DNA from: an uncultured Candidatus Sumerlaeota bacterium
Lineage (GTDB): Bacteria; Sumerlaeota; Sumerlaeia; MWCT01; JAUWMI01
NCBI GenBank assembly: GCA_964454265.1
Contig: CAYVXD010000002.1
Location: 888 to 64,887 of the forward strand
Direction: 5' to 3'
Length of the DNA stretch: 64,000 nucleotides
The translations under genes were made by a program, and so were the position numbers. This document shows positions 8,871 through 18,343 of this stretch, one piece after another (position 1 is the stretch's first letter; each line of letters starts with the position of its first letter). The notes under the pieces are model-generated. The model saw only the letters and a program-made list of their open reading frames with translations. It made no database searches and was not told the origin of the DNA.

Positions 8871-10430
8871 ATGATTATTCACCGACGTGCAGCTCGTCAG
8901 GTTAAAGTTCGTGCCGTTATTGACACAGCAGTTTTCCGCGACAAGGGATTGGATAGCCTCGATCCCATCGCCTGTATTATCGGAGCACGTATTGTGGCTG
9001 ACTGTGCCGCCTTCGTTTATACGAATGCCGTTATCTCCGTTGTAAACGCAGGTATTGCCGCTGACTGTGCTGTTATCCCATGCATCGATTCCATCGTCTC
9101 CGTTGTTAGTGCAGATATTGCCGGTCACTGTGCCGTTGACACTCGAATCGATTCCATCCTCTCCGTTGTTATTGCAGATATTACCGGTGATCATACAGTC
9201 CCTGTTTGCTATGATTCCGGAACCACCATTGTTGTAACAGCGCAGGGCATCAAATTGGGATTTCTCTGCCACACCAGCGTGAATTCCGCTCCCCCGCCAG
9301 TCGCGCACGGTGCCATTGCGGATGGCAATGTTATATTGGGCACCGTTGACATAGATGCCATGGCCAGTGGTCCCTGCTGCTTTGCCAGGCCCAATTAATG
9401 CGTGACCGTTCAGGTCCAGCGTGACATTGTCGGCATCAATAGTGATGCCATTTGTGTTCTGCGTAGCCAGCGTGAGGTCGCCAGTCAGGCGATACATTCC
9501 GGGCTGGGAGATGCTGTAGGGCAGCTCGCTTATGAGAATATCCAATTGATTGTCCGCTACCGCATCCACCGGTGTCGTGTTTCCGATCAAGGTGTTCCCT
9601 GAGACGATATTGTCAGCACCGTCAAGGTCCAGCCCGCGGTCATTATCCGTACAATGATTATCGCTAATACGATTGTCAGAACCAGTAGCGAGTATGCCAG
9701 CACCATCTCCTCCACTGCCGTTCGAGTCGCAGGTATTATCCACTACCCGGCAATCACTCGACACCTGTATTCCATCGCCGGTGTTACTCTGGCAGGTATT
9801 GCCGCTGACCGTGCAGCCTTCGTATGTATGGATGCCGTCGCCTGTATTACTACTGGAGGAATTGCCGGTAACTGTGCTGCCATTCCATGCAAATATGCCG
9901 TTGCCTCCGTTTTCACGGCAGGTATTGCCGCTGGCAATGCTGCCATGGCGTACATTGATGCCGTAGTCTTCGTTAGCTCTGCAGATATTGCCGCTGACTA
10001 TGCTGCAAGCGCCTGTAATGATGCCACCGATACCGTTGTTATAACATCGCAATGCCTCAAACTGACAGTTTTCGGAGAGTATGGCATTAACCCCATTCCA
10101 CTGCCAGTCGCGCACGGTCCCATTGCGTACGGCAATGTTGTATTGAGCTCCGCTGACCACGATTCCAGTGCCATATCCCCCTGCTGCTTTACCAGGCCCG
10201 ATTATCGCATGCCCGTTCAGGTCCAGGGTGACATTGTCCGCGTCAATAGTGATGCCATGCGTATTAGTCTGGGTTGTGGATAGGTCATCAACTACAATAT
10301 ATGAACCGGAGCTGGAGATGGTGTAAGGAATCTCTGCGATGTCAATCTGCCCATCACCAGCCCAGGCAGCTGCCCCCAGCAAAAGACACAAACCAAGAAT
10401 ACAAGCCGTTGTTGTGATACGTCGTTTCAT
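8865..10430 (-). CDS. Secreted right-handed parallel beta-helix (PbH1/NosD-like) repeat protein with an internally duplicated module
   Basis: 521-aa ORF with a signal peptide. The module NVTLDLNGHA(I/L)IGPGKAAG...YNIA(V/I)RNGTVRDW occurs twice, at about aa 65 and aa 335. The rest is many G-N-x-C-x-x-N-x-x-DGI turns. Confidence 0.85.
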   Translation of the reverse strand: MKRRITTTACILGLCLLLGAAAWAGDGQIDIAEIPYTISSSGSYIVVDDLSTTQTNTHGITIDADNVTLDLNGHAIIGPGKAAGGYGTGIVVSGAQYNIAVRNGTVRDWQWNGVNAILSENCQFEALRCYNNGIGGIITGACSIVSGNICRANEDYGINVRHGSIASGNTCRENGGNGIFAWNGSTVTGNSSSSNTGDGIHTYEGCTVSGNTCQSNTGDGIQVSSDCRVVDNTCDSNGSGGDGAGILATGSDNRISDNHCTDNDRGLDLDGADNIVSGNTLIGNTTPVDAVADNQLDILISELPYSISQPGMYRLTGDLTLATQNTNGITIDADNVTLDLNGHALIGPGKAAGTTGHGIYVNGAQYNIAIRNGTVRDWRGSGIHAGVAEKSQFDALRCYNNGGSGIIANRDCMITGNICNNNGEDGIDSSVNGTVTGNICTNNGDDGIDAWDNSTVSGNTCVYNGDNGIRINEGGTVSHNTCSDNTGDGIEAIQSLVAENCCVNNGTNFNLTSCTSVNNHP

Positions 10431-10557
10431 AGTGCCGTCCTCCTTCTCTTTGTCACTTTACTTTGCAGTTCTACGTTTCGCCGTCTTACGCACTGTTAAA
10501 CCAATACGAACACAAGATATTCCATACTCTCAAAATCCACCCACTCCCCTCCTTTCT

Positions 10558-10618
10558 CTAAACGGACTAACTGACCAACGGACTAACGGTCTCAACCGAC
10601 AAACCGGCCAACCAATCA
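10558..10618. repeat. 8-nt-period array, solo copy
   Basis: Reads ctaaacggactaactgaccaacggactaacggtctcaaccgacaaaccggccaaccaatca. It is preceded by cctttctct, as in the 11789 copy, and overlaps the stop of 10616..11668. Confidence 0.9.
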
Positions 10619-11668
10619 GAACGAGACGTTAAGCAAGTCGCCTGCACCCACCGTATTGCCACCAACAATATCGTAGTTTATGCCGTTTCCGCTGGCGCGA
10701 TTGCTGGCAATGTAGTTGCCCGTCGCCGGGTTGCAGTCAATCCCGCGGTCATTATCATTCACCAGGTTGCGTTCAATGCAATTGTCTGAACTCGTTGTGT
10801 GGATGCCCGCTCCATCTCCTGTACTGAAGCCGTTAGAGCCGCACGCATTGTCTACAACCCGGCAATCATAAGAGACTTGTATTCCGTCCCCTGTGTTGAA
10901 GCTGCAGTTATTTCCGCTGACCATACTGCCACCGGTATTGATACCGTAGTATCCGTTGCTGCCGCAGCTATTGCCAGTAACCGTACCGCCAGCCAGTACA
11001 GAGATGCCGTGGATCGTGTTGAACTGGCAGGCATTACCAATGACCGCACATCTTTCCTCTGCTTCAATGCCGTCCGCACCGTTTGAGCGGCAGGCATTGC
11101 CGCTGATCGAACAGCCTTCCCCCGCATCGATACCGTCGTCGCCGTTGCTCATGCAGACGTTTCCGCTGATTGCACAGCCATGGGATGCATAGATGCCGTC
11201 GTACGTGTTTTCATAGCAGGTATTACCGCTGACCGTACTGCCAGGGCCTGCAATAATGCCGCGGGAACCGTTGTTATAGCAACGCAGGGCCTCAAACTGG
11301 CTGTTGTAGGCGTAATCGCCATTAACGCCCGTCTGACGCCAGTCGCGCACGGTGCCATTGCGGATGGCAATGTTATATTTGGTACCATTAACAAAGATGC
11401 CATGGCCAGTGGTGCCTTCTACTTTTCCGGGGCCAATTATCGCATGACCGTTCAGGTCCAGTGTTACATTGTCGGCGTCAATAATAATGCCATCTATGTC
11501 AGTCGCAGTTGTGGACAGGTCGTCAACTACAATATAGGAGCCGGAGCTGGATATAGCATAAGGAATCTCAGCAATGTCAATCTGTCCATCACCAGCCCAT
11601 GCCCATGCGCCCAGCAAAAGCGACAATCCAATTATGCAAGCAATTTTTGTAATACTTCGCTTCATCAT
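10616..11668 (-). CDS. Secreted right-handed parallel beta-helix repeat protein (paralog of 8865..10430)
   Basis: 350-aa ORF. Its N-terminal ~130 aa are nearly colinear with those of 8865..10430 (GDGQIDIAEIPY-x-ISSSGSYIVVDDLSTT...NVTLDLNGHAIIGPGK). Confidence 0.85.
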   Translation of the reverse strand: MMKRSITKIACIIGLSLLLGAWAWAGDGQIDIAEIPYAISSSGSYIVVDDLSTTATDIDGIIIDADNVTLDLNGHAIIGPGKVEGTTGHGIFVNGTKYNIAIRNGTVRDWRQTGVNGDYAYNSQFEALRCYNNGSRGIIAGPGSTVSGNTCYENTYDGIYASHGCAISGNVCMSNGDDGIDAGEGCSISGNACRSNGADGIEAEERCAVIGNACQFNTIHGISVLAGGTVTGNSCGSNGYYGINTGGSMVSGNNCSFNTGDGIQVSYDCRVVDNACGSNGFSTGDGAGIHTTSSDNCIERNLVNDNDRGIDCNPATGNYIASNRASGNGINYDIVGGNTVGAGDLLNVSF

Positions 11669-11788
11669 TTGATCACTCCTTTTTTGTTAGAATAGTATGG
11701 AACGTACACTTTTGCATCTCGCATTGTTTTCGTGCCAATCCCACAAGGACTCTTCGCACTCCAACAATACACGCCTCACCACCTTTCT

Positions 11789-11853
11789 CTAAACGGACTA
11801 ACTGACCAACGGTCTAACGGACTAACCGACCAACGGACATACGAATTAACCGA
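11789..11853. repeat. 8-nt-period array, solo copy in the 5' region of 10616..11668
   Basis: Reads ctaaacggactaactgaccaacggtctaacggactaaccgaccaacggacatacgaattaaccgac. It shares 31 identical nt (cctttctctaaacggactaactgaccaacgg) with the 10549.. copy. Confidence 0.9.
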
Positions 11854-12020
11854 CTTTACACAACGAGCTTTCCAACTTTCACCTTCTCTGGTTTGGACTA
11901 TTTAAAAATGTAAAACCGGGTAGCAAAGTGCATCATTTACTGACTAGCCATGTAAGTGACAACGCGGTTACTCTGACGCATCGTGATAGTGTATAATTTT
12001 TGTATCCATTTTTTTTTAAT

Positions 12021-12175
12021 AAAAAGCAAAATTATTGTCAAACAGAATATCTAGTTTTCTGATTTTTAATTATGACTGGCAGTCGCGCCGGTTTGCATAA
12101 GAGCCTGTGCAAATTTTTGGTGAGATGAAAAAGGGAAAGCATTACGGGCAAACTGGCTCACGCAGGAATTAAGGT
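12021..12175. repeat. Copy 2 of the ~150-nt paralogous intergenic element (partner at 6151..6300)
   Basis: See copy 1. It lies 5' of the minus-strand gene 10616..11668 and upstream of the plus-strand gene at 12382. Confidence 0.75.
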
Positions 12176-12381
12176 GACGCGATGGTCAGTCCAACAACCT
12201 GGTGGCCCAGGCGGCTTCATTCCGTAGCATTCAATTGCACCCATTTTTCCTCTTTACAAACACTGGTGGTATTGGCCAGAGTATTTCGGATTTGTGCGAC
12301 GAGTGCGCCTCTGGAGTAACGGAATCAGCCTGAGGCTGATAAATTGGGTGCGAATACGCGGCGCAGGGGTGAAGGGAGTGC

Positions 12382-13146
12382 GTGATGCGCGTAGTGTTTC
12401 TGGGCACAGGCACGTCATTCGGCGTCCCGATAATTGGATGTCGGTGTCGGGTCTGTCAGTCAGAAAATCCGAAGAATAAACGGCTTCGCGCTAGCGTTTA
12501 CTGTGTGGAAGGAGACAGCCAGGTGCTGATTGATTGTTCGACCGATTTCCGCCAGCAGGCCCTTACGCACCAGATTGATCGTCTGGACGCGGTGCTATTT
12601 ACGCATAATCACGCTGATCATATCTCGGGGATTGATGATTTGCGCATCTACAACCTGCTGCATCACCGGGCAATTGATGTTTACGGCAATGAGGACGTTA
12701 TTAACGATATAAAGCGCCGGTATGATTACTGTTTTAATCCAGTACAGATCGGTGGGGGAGTGCCACAGTTTGAATTGCATCGTGCTGATGTCCCGTTCCG
12801 TATTGGTGAGATAGCCATCACCCCGATTCCGGTGTGGCACGGGAACCTGGAGATTTTGGGATACCGCTTGAATGATTTTTGCTACATTACTGACGCGAAC
12901 AAGATACCCGAGAGTTCGCTGGCTGAGATGCGTGGGCTGAAGCTATTGGTTATTAATGCATTGCGTGAGAAGCCCTTTGCCACACATTTCTCGCTGGCCG
13001 AAGCGCTTGAAATCGCGAAGGCTTTGCAACCCCGCCAAGCATATTTCACCCATATTTCTCACCGCCTGGATCACGAAGAGATTAACCGCACATTGCCCCC
13101 AGAGTATCAGCTTGCCTATGATGGGCTGACCGTTGATCTGGACTGA
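12382..13146 (+). CDS. MBL-fold metallo-hydrolase, PhnP-like (cyclic phosphodiesterase-type)
   Basis: 254-aa ORF with an HNHADH (HxHxDH) motif and an N-terminal GTGTSFGVPIIGCRCRVC Cys cluster as in PhnP. The likely true start is the ATG at 12385, preceded by GAAGGGAG. Confidence 0.8.
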   Translation: MMRVVFLGTGTSFGVPIIGCRCRVCQSENPKNKRLRASVYCVEGDSQVLIDCSTDFRQQALTHQIDRLDAVLFTHNHADHISGIDDLRIYNLLHHRAIDVYGNEDVINDIKRRYDYCFNPVQIGGGVPQFELHRADVPFRIGEIAITPIPVWHGNLEILGYRLNDFCYITDANKIPESSLAEMRGLKLLVINALREKPFATHFSLAEALEIAKALQPRQAYFTHISHRLDHEEINRTLPPEYQLAYDGLTVDLD

Positions 13147-13304
13147 AGTGGCTCGACCATAATCCTGCCGACATTTTTCTCCTTGAAAGGGCAATTTAAG
13201 CATATCCAGTGATCTTTACGTCGTTCTTCCCTCAAGCACAATCGCGCTATTGGCTGCCGGGAGATACGTGTTCGAAGAAACGTAAAAAAGCTATTGACAT
13301 GGCT

Positions 13305-13314
13305 TACAAGTGTA
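13305..13314 (+). promoter_or_regulatory. Candidate BlaI/CopY-type operator (TACA-N2-TGTA dyad)
   Basis: TACAAGTGTA lies 6 nt downstream of a TTGACA hexamer (13294..13299) and about 60 nt upstream of the BlaI-like gene. This matches the TACAnnTGTA dyad known for CopY/BlaI/MecI operators. Confidence 0.4.
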
Positions 13315-13375
13315 GGCTACCGCTTATTTGTGTTGTTAATTGGGCGAATCTAAAGATGCCGGAGGATCAATATTC

Positions 13376-13813
13376 ATGAAGAGAAGAGCCAAAAAAGTTT
13401 CCAGTCCACCACGTCTGTCTGAAGCTGAATGGATTATTATGAAGCCGTTCTGGGAACGGGGCGCACTGGCTGCCCGAGACCTATTCGCCGCACTTCCGTC
13501 TAATAATCAATGGGCTTATAAGACGGTGAAGACAATGCTTGCCCGGCTGGTAAAAAAGGCTGCTCTCGAATACACTCAGGTGGGAAACTCTTATCTCTAC
13601 CGTGCTCGATTCGGGCAGGAGGAGATGGTGAGGGCGGCGGTTAAGAATTTTTCCCACCGCGTGTTGGATGGGGCACTCAAACCTTTTCTTGTTCACTTTT
13701 TTGACGGTAGAGAGCCCTCGGCAGAGGAAATCTCTACTCTGCGCGGCATTCTTAAACAACTTAAGGAACAGCAAGCGCATGATAATGAGAAAAATGCGAG
13801 GAACAAAAAATGA
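13376..13813 (+). CDS. BlaI/MecI/CopY family transcriptional repressor
   Basis: The winged-helix N-terminus reads LSEAEWIIMKPFWERGALAARDLFAAL...YKTVKTMLARLVKK. I chose the ATG at 13376 (GGAGG lies 7 nt upstream) rather than the track's TTG at 13340. Confidence 0.85.
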   Translation: MKRRAKKVSSPPRLSEAEWIIMKPFWERGALAARDLFAALPSNNQWAYKTVKTMLARLVKKAALEYTQVGNSYLYRARFGQEEMVRAAVKNFSHRVLDGALKPFLVHFFDGREPSAEEISTLRGILKQLKEQQAHDNEKNARNKK

Positions 13814-16800
13814 TGAATGCAATTATCACATTCTGGGCGCAATGGATGCTCGCCACATCGTGGCAGCTAGTAGTCATGGTTATAGTGGTTGGTGCTTTAT
13901 GTTTCTTTTGGCGCAAAGCCCCGGTGCGGATGCTGCATTTGCTCTGGCTTTTGGTTTTTATCAAACTCCTTATCCCACCGCATCTGGGACATGATTATTC
14001 GCTTGCCAATCTCCTGGTGCGTTCGGAAATTTTCACATCGCAGCATTTAGCGGTCAATAGTGCGCAAGAGGAATGGCAAGTTCCTGCCGTGCATTTGTCC
14101 AGGACTGCAATCGAAGGCCCAATTGCCATCGAGGATGAGAGCGTAATAAGCGATAATGAGGTCGGTTCATCTCTTCCGTCCACATCAGTTCAAGAATTTC
14201 CTATTGTCTCTGGTATAGGGCAATTTACTTACCAGCATATTCTTTTTGTCCTTTGGCTGGTGGGCGCTGCAGGGCTTTTGCTTAGAAGTTTGATGAGTGC
14301 CGGCAGATTCCGGGGGTGGTTATCTGCTTACGGACAGCCGCCACCTTCATGGTTTAAAGAAAAACTGGCAGAATGGTCTCAGAAATTCAGGCTCAGAGAA
14401 CCCCCAGGATGCTTTATTGTTTCGGGGAGCCATTGTCCGTGCCTTTTCGGCTGGTTCAAGCCCCAATTACTCTTCCCCAAGGATTTGTTAAAGCGCTTGA
14501 CCCCGGAGCAACTGCAAATGGCTGTTTATCACGAATTAACTCATATAAAGGGGAGGGATACCATTATGAACGGGCTGCAAAGTTTACTGCAAATTGTTTA
14601 CTGGTTTCATCCGCTGGTCTGGTTGGCGGGACGCGAGGTTCGGCATTACCGGGAGATGGTGGTGGACGAGGCAGTCGTATCTGCTCATAAGAACTTACCC
14701 AAGCATACCTATGAGCAAACGATTCTTGCCCTGGCAGAGCATAGTCCGGCACGCCCGGTGCCTGCGATGGTGGGAATTCTTGAGCATCGCAGTTTTGTGT
14801 TTAGAAGGGTGATGCGACTCGTCGCCAGCTCCTCCACAAGAATTGGTTGGCGCCAGACGTTTTTAAGCTGGGTGATGTTAGCTCTCTTTACTTTCTTTTT
14901 TATTCCAATGGGGATAAGTCAGCCTCAGGTTTCCCCATCGGATACGCTAAACGTTGAGAAGAAAGCGTTTCCCGAAGTTCTGAATGAGGCGCAGAGGCTC
15001 TATATGCAGTGGACGGGGGAAAGATTTTCTGGGTATCTTGACAAAAGTGATTATGCTGACCTCTCAGACTCCACCAAAGCGGAGCTTGAGAAGGGATGGA
15101 TTAGCATTCTGGAAGGACCATGGAGCCGCAAATATTATGATACGATTAATTGTCTTGCGGCTCTAAAGAGCAAAAAAGCCGTGAAACCGCTGCTCCATAT
15201 TGCTGCCGAGCGCAGGGAAAAGGACAATCGCGATCGCTGGATGGCGGTCAGGGCACTGGGGATAATTGGTGATGAATCGGTGGTGCCGGAGCTTATTCAC
15301 CTGATTTATCATTACAATCAGAACACGCGGTTCTGGGCGCAGATTTCGCTCGCACGAATCACAGGCGTGAATTTCGGCTATGACTGGCAAAAATGGGGTG
15401 AGTGGTGGAATCAGCAAGGCAAGCAACCTCCATTCTCACCTGAAAAAATCACCTGGACTACCAAATACCCTGAATGGGCTGATTCACAGAAGCAAAAGGA
15501 AAGTGATAGAAACTTCGTTGAAAGATTCAGCGGCAGAAAGGAAGAAGAGTCGGCTACCGTTAGTCCTGCTCCAAAGCCTGAAGTGAACTACCTTGGGCAA
15601 GCCAATTTCCCCAGCGTTGTCGCCCTTGACCCGCCAAATGGCGCCACTGACGTCGACCCTGCCCGTGAGCACATTACCGTAACTTTTGACCGCCCAATGA
15701 TGAGAGGCGGATATTCATGGGTAGACAAGGGCAAACGCCCCAAATTAGAGAAAATCGAATGGATTAATGACCACCAGTGTCGCGCATGGGTGACTTTGGA
15801 GCCGGGCCGAGAATATGGCGTATGGCTGAATTTTGGTCCGAGAACGTGTAACTTTAAAAGTCGAGAGGGTGTCTCTGCCGACCGCGTTTACTGGACGTTT
15901 CGCACTAGTTCCGCACAGCAGACAAGTGAAGTGGGGACACTTCAAGCAAAGATAGACAAGGCACAATCCGGTGGTGTCGTCATCGTTTCGCCAGGCAAGC
16001 ACGAAGGCCCCCTGGAAATCACCAAGCCCCTGACGCTGCGTGGCGAGGATGCCCGCACCTGCACAATTGAACTACTCGGCAACGAACCAACCATCACTGT
16101 AAGAGGCACCAAGGACGCTGTCCTTGAGAATTTGACGGTTCGCTGGGCTCCAAAATCAACTGATGTGCGTATTGAATCGCCTGCTGCAATTTACGTGCGA
16201 GACAGCGACGTGGTGATTCGCGGTTGCCGTCTTGAGCCCCTTGAGCGGCCTAAAGACACACCTTACGGCCTAATGGCTGCAGGCAGATCCCACGTGACCT
16301 TTACCGAAGGCAGGAGCACGGGCTTTGCCTACGCCCTGATTTTCCTTGAGGGCGCCAACGGTACTGTCAGCAACTCCATTCTCACAGATGCCGGGCACAG
16401 CGTGGTCACACTTCATGCCAACTCTCGTGTTAAAATTATCGGAAATATCCTTGGCCGATGTGAGTATCATGCGGTGCGTAATACTGGTGGGACAATGGAT
16501 ATGACCAATAATCTGGTAATCGCTGACAATCGCGCTGGCGCTTATCTAGGTAATAAATCGGCTCACGGGCGTATCGCCAACAATCTGTTCTCCCAGAATC
16601 GCGGAGCAATCTGGGCTTATGCTAGTTCCGACGTTACTATTGAGAACAACGTCTTTCTTGCTGAAAATGGCCCCGGCGTAGGGTTCCACGACAGCTGTGA
16701 CTTAACCATACGGAATAATTGCTTTGTCAACAATGCACAAGGTCTGACCAGGTATTCAAAAGAAGGGCGACCACCTGGCATCGGTGCGCGCACCAATGGC

Positions 16801-17016
16801 AACCACTTCTGGAACAATAAAGAAGACTTCGTGGATTTTGAAAAAGAGACCTCTGCGCTATACGGCGATCCGAAATTCACCGACCCCAGTAATGGTGATT
16901 TCACACCGCAAAAAGACTCACCGCTTCTGGATAATACAGGGCACCCACTCGCCGGGCTCACTGACCCCGAACCTATCCGCGCTCTCTGGGCCACCTGGGC
17001 TGCGCTGAATCAATAG
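13810..17016 (+). CDS. BlaR1/M56-peptidase family membrane sensor with HEAT-like, Ig-like and C-terminal right-handed beta-helix domains
   Basis: 1068-aa ORF whose start overlaps the BlaI stop (ATGA). It has 4 TM segments plus the HELTHIKGRD (HExxH) M56 motif. The C-terminal ~350 aa carry PbH1-like repeats (NN-x-F/V-x-x-N). Confidence 0.85.
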   Translation: MMNAIITFWAQWMLATSWQLVVMVIVVGALCFFWRKAPVRMLHLLWLLVFIKLLIPPHLGHDYSLANLLVRSEIFTSQHLAVNSAQEEWQVPAVHLSRTAIEGPIAIEDESVISDNEVGSSLPSTSVQEFPIVSGIGQFTYQHILFVLWLVGAAGLLLRSLMSAGRFRGWLSAYGQPPPSWFKEKLAEWSQKFRLREPPGCFIVSGSHCPCLFGWFKPQLLFPKDLLKRLTPEQLQMAVYHELTHIKGRDTIMNGLQSLLQIVYWFHPLVWLAGREVRHYREMVVDEAVVSAHKNLPKHTYEQTILALAEHSPARPVPAMVGILEHRSFVFRRVMRLVASSSTRIGWRQTFLSWVMLALFTFFFIPMGISQPQVSPSDTLNVEKKAFPEVLNEAQRLYMQWTGERFSGYLDKSDYADLSDSTKAELEKGWISILEGPWSRKYYDTINCLAALKSKKAVKPLLHIAAERREKDNRDRWMAVRALGIIGDESVVPELIHLIYHYNQNTRFWAQISLARITGVNFGYDWQKWGEWWNQQGKQPPFSPEKITWTTKYPEWADSQKQKESDRNFVERFSGRKEEESATVSPAPKPEVNYLGQANFPSVVALDPPNGATDVDPAREHITVTFDRPMMRGGYSWVDKGKRPKLEKIEWINDHQCRAWVTLEPGREYGVWLNFGPRTCNFKSREGVSADRVYWTFRTSSAQQTSEVGTLQAKIDKAQSGGVVIVSPGKHEGPLEITKPLTLRGEDARTCTIELLGNEPTITVRGTKDAVLENLTVRWAPKSTDVRIESPAAIYVRDSDVVIRGCRLEPLERPKDTPYGLMAAGRSHVTFTEGRSTGFAYALIFLEGANGTVSNSILTDAGHSVVTLHANSRVKIIGNILGRCEYHAVRNTGGTMDMTNNLVIADNRAGAYLGNKSAHGRIANNLFSQNRGAIWAYASSDVTIENNVFLAENGPGVGFHDSCDLTIRNNCFVNNAQGLTRYSKEGRPPGIGARTNGNHFWNNKEDFVDFEKETSALYGDPKFTDPSNGDFTPQKDSPLLDNTGHPLAGLTDPEPIRALWATWAALNQ

Positions 17017-17061
17017 ACGGCCATAAACCCTGACTTATTTCTCTCGCTAAGGAGAGTTGAC

Positions 17062-18183
17062 ATGAATTCCTTAAGAAGGTTTCTCAAACAATTGATGATT
17101 GCTGCTATGACGGTGGCAGCTTTAATTAGCGTTGCCTCCAGTGAGGAAATAAAAGATACGGTCTGCGAGGTTCACCTGCAAGATGGAAGAATTTATCGGT
17201 CGGCAAGGCTTGACGTTCAACAAGTGGCACTCTGCACCAAATACGGAATCCTCAAAATTCCAATCGATGATCTGATAAGCATCATCCGTTCCACTTCTTC
17301 CGGTGAGGACGAGGTTGCTACTGTCAAATTCGTGGTAACAGGTGAGCTGCTCGTTGATGAGTTTTCCGGACATACTCCAGCGGAGCAATTCTGTTTTCGC
17401 AAGGGAGAAATCAGTCAAATTCTCTTTGGGTTTCCGGCAAGTGCGGCAGTAGGGCCGGAAGGGCCAAGATTTCGTATCTTATGGTTCAGGGACCGCAGGC
17501 ACCATGCAGAGTCAATTCATCGAGTGGGAGACTATGGATATTCAGCAGCTGCTCGCATCGCTGAAGAAATTGGGGCGGCAAATATTGAGGTTCAGGACAA
17601 CTATACCCTAACCAGTGAGAGGCTCTCGCAATTTGATGCCATTATTTTTATGAACGTCGAGTCTTGCGAGACGTTGAGTGAAAGCGAGCGGAAGACACTT
17701 CGCGACTTCCTTGCTGCGGGAGGATCAATCCTGGTAATAGGTCAGCAAGACCGTGGTTCACCGCTCTCGCGCGAGGCACTCTTTGCGAATTCTGTCTCCT
17801 TGCCATACGGAATCGAATTTACAAAAGGAAAAGCGAAGTCTACAAAGAAACTCGCTTCTCATCCGATTACCAGTGGGCTCAAATCTGTTCCTGGAGGGGG
17901 CAGTGTTCTCAAAGTAAGATCTCCAGCGCAAGCGCTTGCTCCCGCCGATGGAAATAACGTGGTGCTGGCTATATCACAGCACGGGAAAGGCAGGATTGTT
18001 GCGGTAAGCGACGACTCTGCCTTCGCAGACCTGTCTCTTAGCATAGAATCCCCCATTGCGGCGTTTAACGAATCTTTCTTTTTAGAAGCGCGAGAGCCCA
18101 AAGTGAAGCAGAGCCGTTTGTTCTTTAGAAACGTATTATGCTGGCTATTGCATCTAGAAGCAGAGCAACTGCAACAGGACTAG
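17062..18183 (+). CDS. Secreted hypothetical protein (possible class-I glutamine-amidotransferase-like/ThuA-like fold)
   Basis: 373-aa ORF with a signal peptide. The segment FDAIIFMNVE...LRDFLAAGGSILVIGQQD resembles GATase1-like folds. The function call is weak. Confidence 0.55.
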   Translation: MNSLRRFLKQLMIAAMTVAALISVASSEEIKDTVCEVHLQDGRIYRSARLDVQQVALCTKYGILKIPIDDLISIIRSTSSGEDEVATVKFVVTGELLVDEFSGHTPAEQFCFRKGEISQILFGFPASAAVGPEGPRFRILWFRDRRHHAESIHRVGDYGYSAAARIAEEIGAANIEVQDNYTLTSERLSQFDAIIFMNVESCETLSESERKTLRDFLAAGGSILVIGQQDRGSPLSREALFANSVSLPYGIEFTKGKAKSTKKLASHPITSGLKSVPGGGSVLKVRSPAQALAPADGNNVVLAISQHGKGRIVAVSDDSAFADLSLSIESPIAAFNESFFLEAREPKVKQSRLFFRNVLCWLLHLEAEQLQQD

Positions 18184-18343
18184 GAGAATCTGAACATTCA
18201 AGTAAAAACCATGAAAGGGAGTGAACGAATACGAAGGGGATTTATTTCCCACATTATTTTTTATTATCCGCATCTTGCAATTGAGTTTGGCCAAACTGAA
18301 AATAAATTTTAGCCAAATCTAAACGTATGCTTTAAGTTGGTAT

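Noticed and set aside
8871-11695. Long plus-strand ORFs (8871..9398, 9654..10283, 10799..11086, 11180..11695 and others)
   Set aside because: They are antisense shadows of the repetitive beta-helix genes. They have no start context or motifs, whereas the minus-strand ORFs have signal peptides and family motifs.
8388-11853. Short periodic repeat arrays that could be taken for CRISPR
   Set aside because: The period is only 8 nt (16 nt at most). There are no unique spacers and no cas genes in the window. These are microsatellite-like arrays.
12140-12170. GGGCAAAC...CACGCA in element copy 2 resembling c-di-GMP-I riboswitch segments
   Set aside because: The corresponding positions in copy 1 differ (GTGGAAACGCG), and no consistent riboswitch fold could be drawn.
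12382-13146. MBL-fold gene next to BlaI/BlaR1 as a beta-lactamase resistance operon
   Set aside because: The N-terminal CxCxxC cluster and overall pattern fit PhnP-type phosphodiesterases rather than class B beta-lactamases. The BlaR1-like protein also lacks a penicillin-binding sensor domain.
13294-13318. Full sigma70 promoter call for the BlaI-like gene (TTGACA at 13294)
   Set aside because: No acceptable -10 hexamer lies at a 16-18-nt spacing. Only the operator-like dyad is reported, at low confidence.
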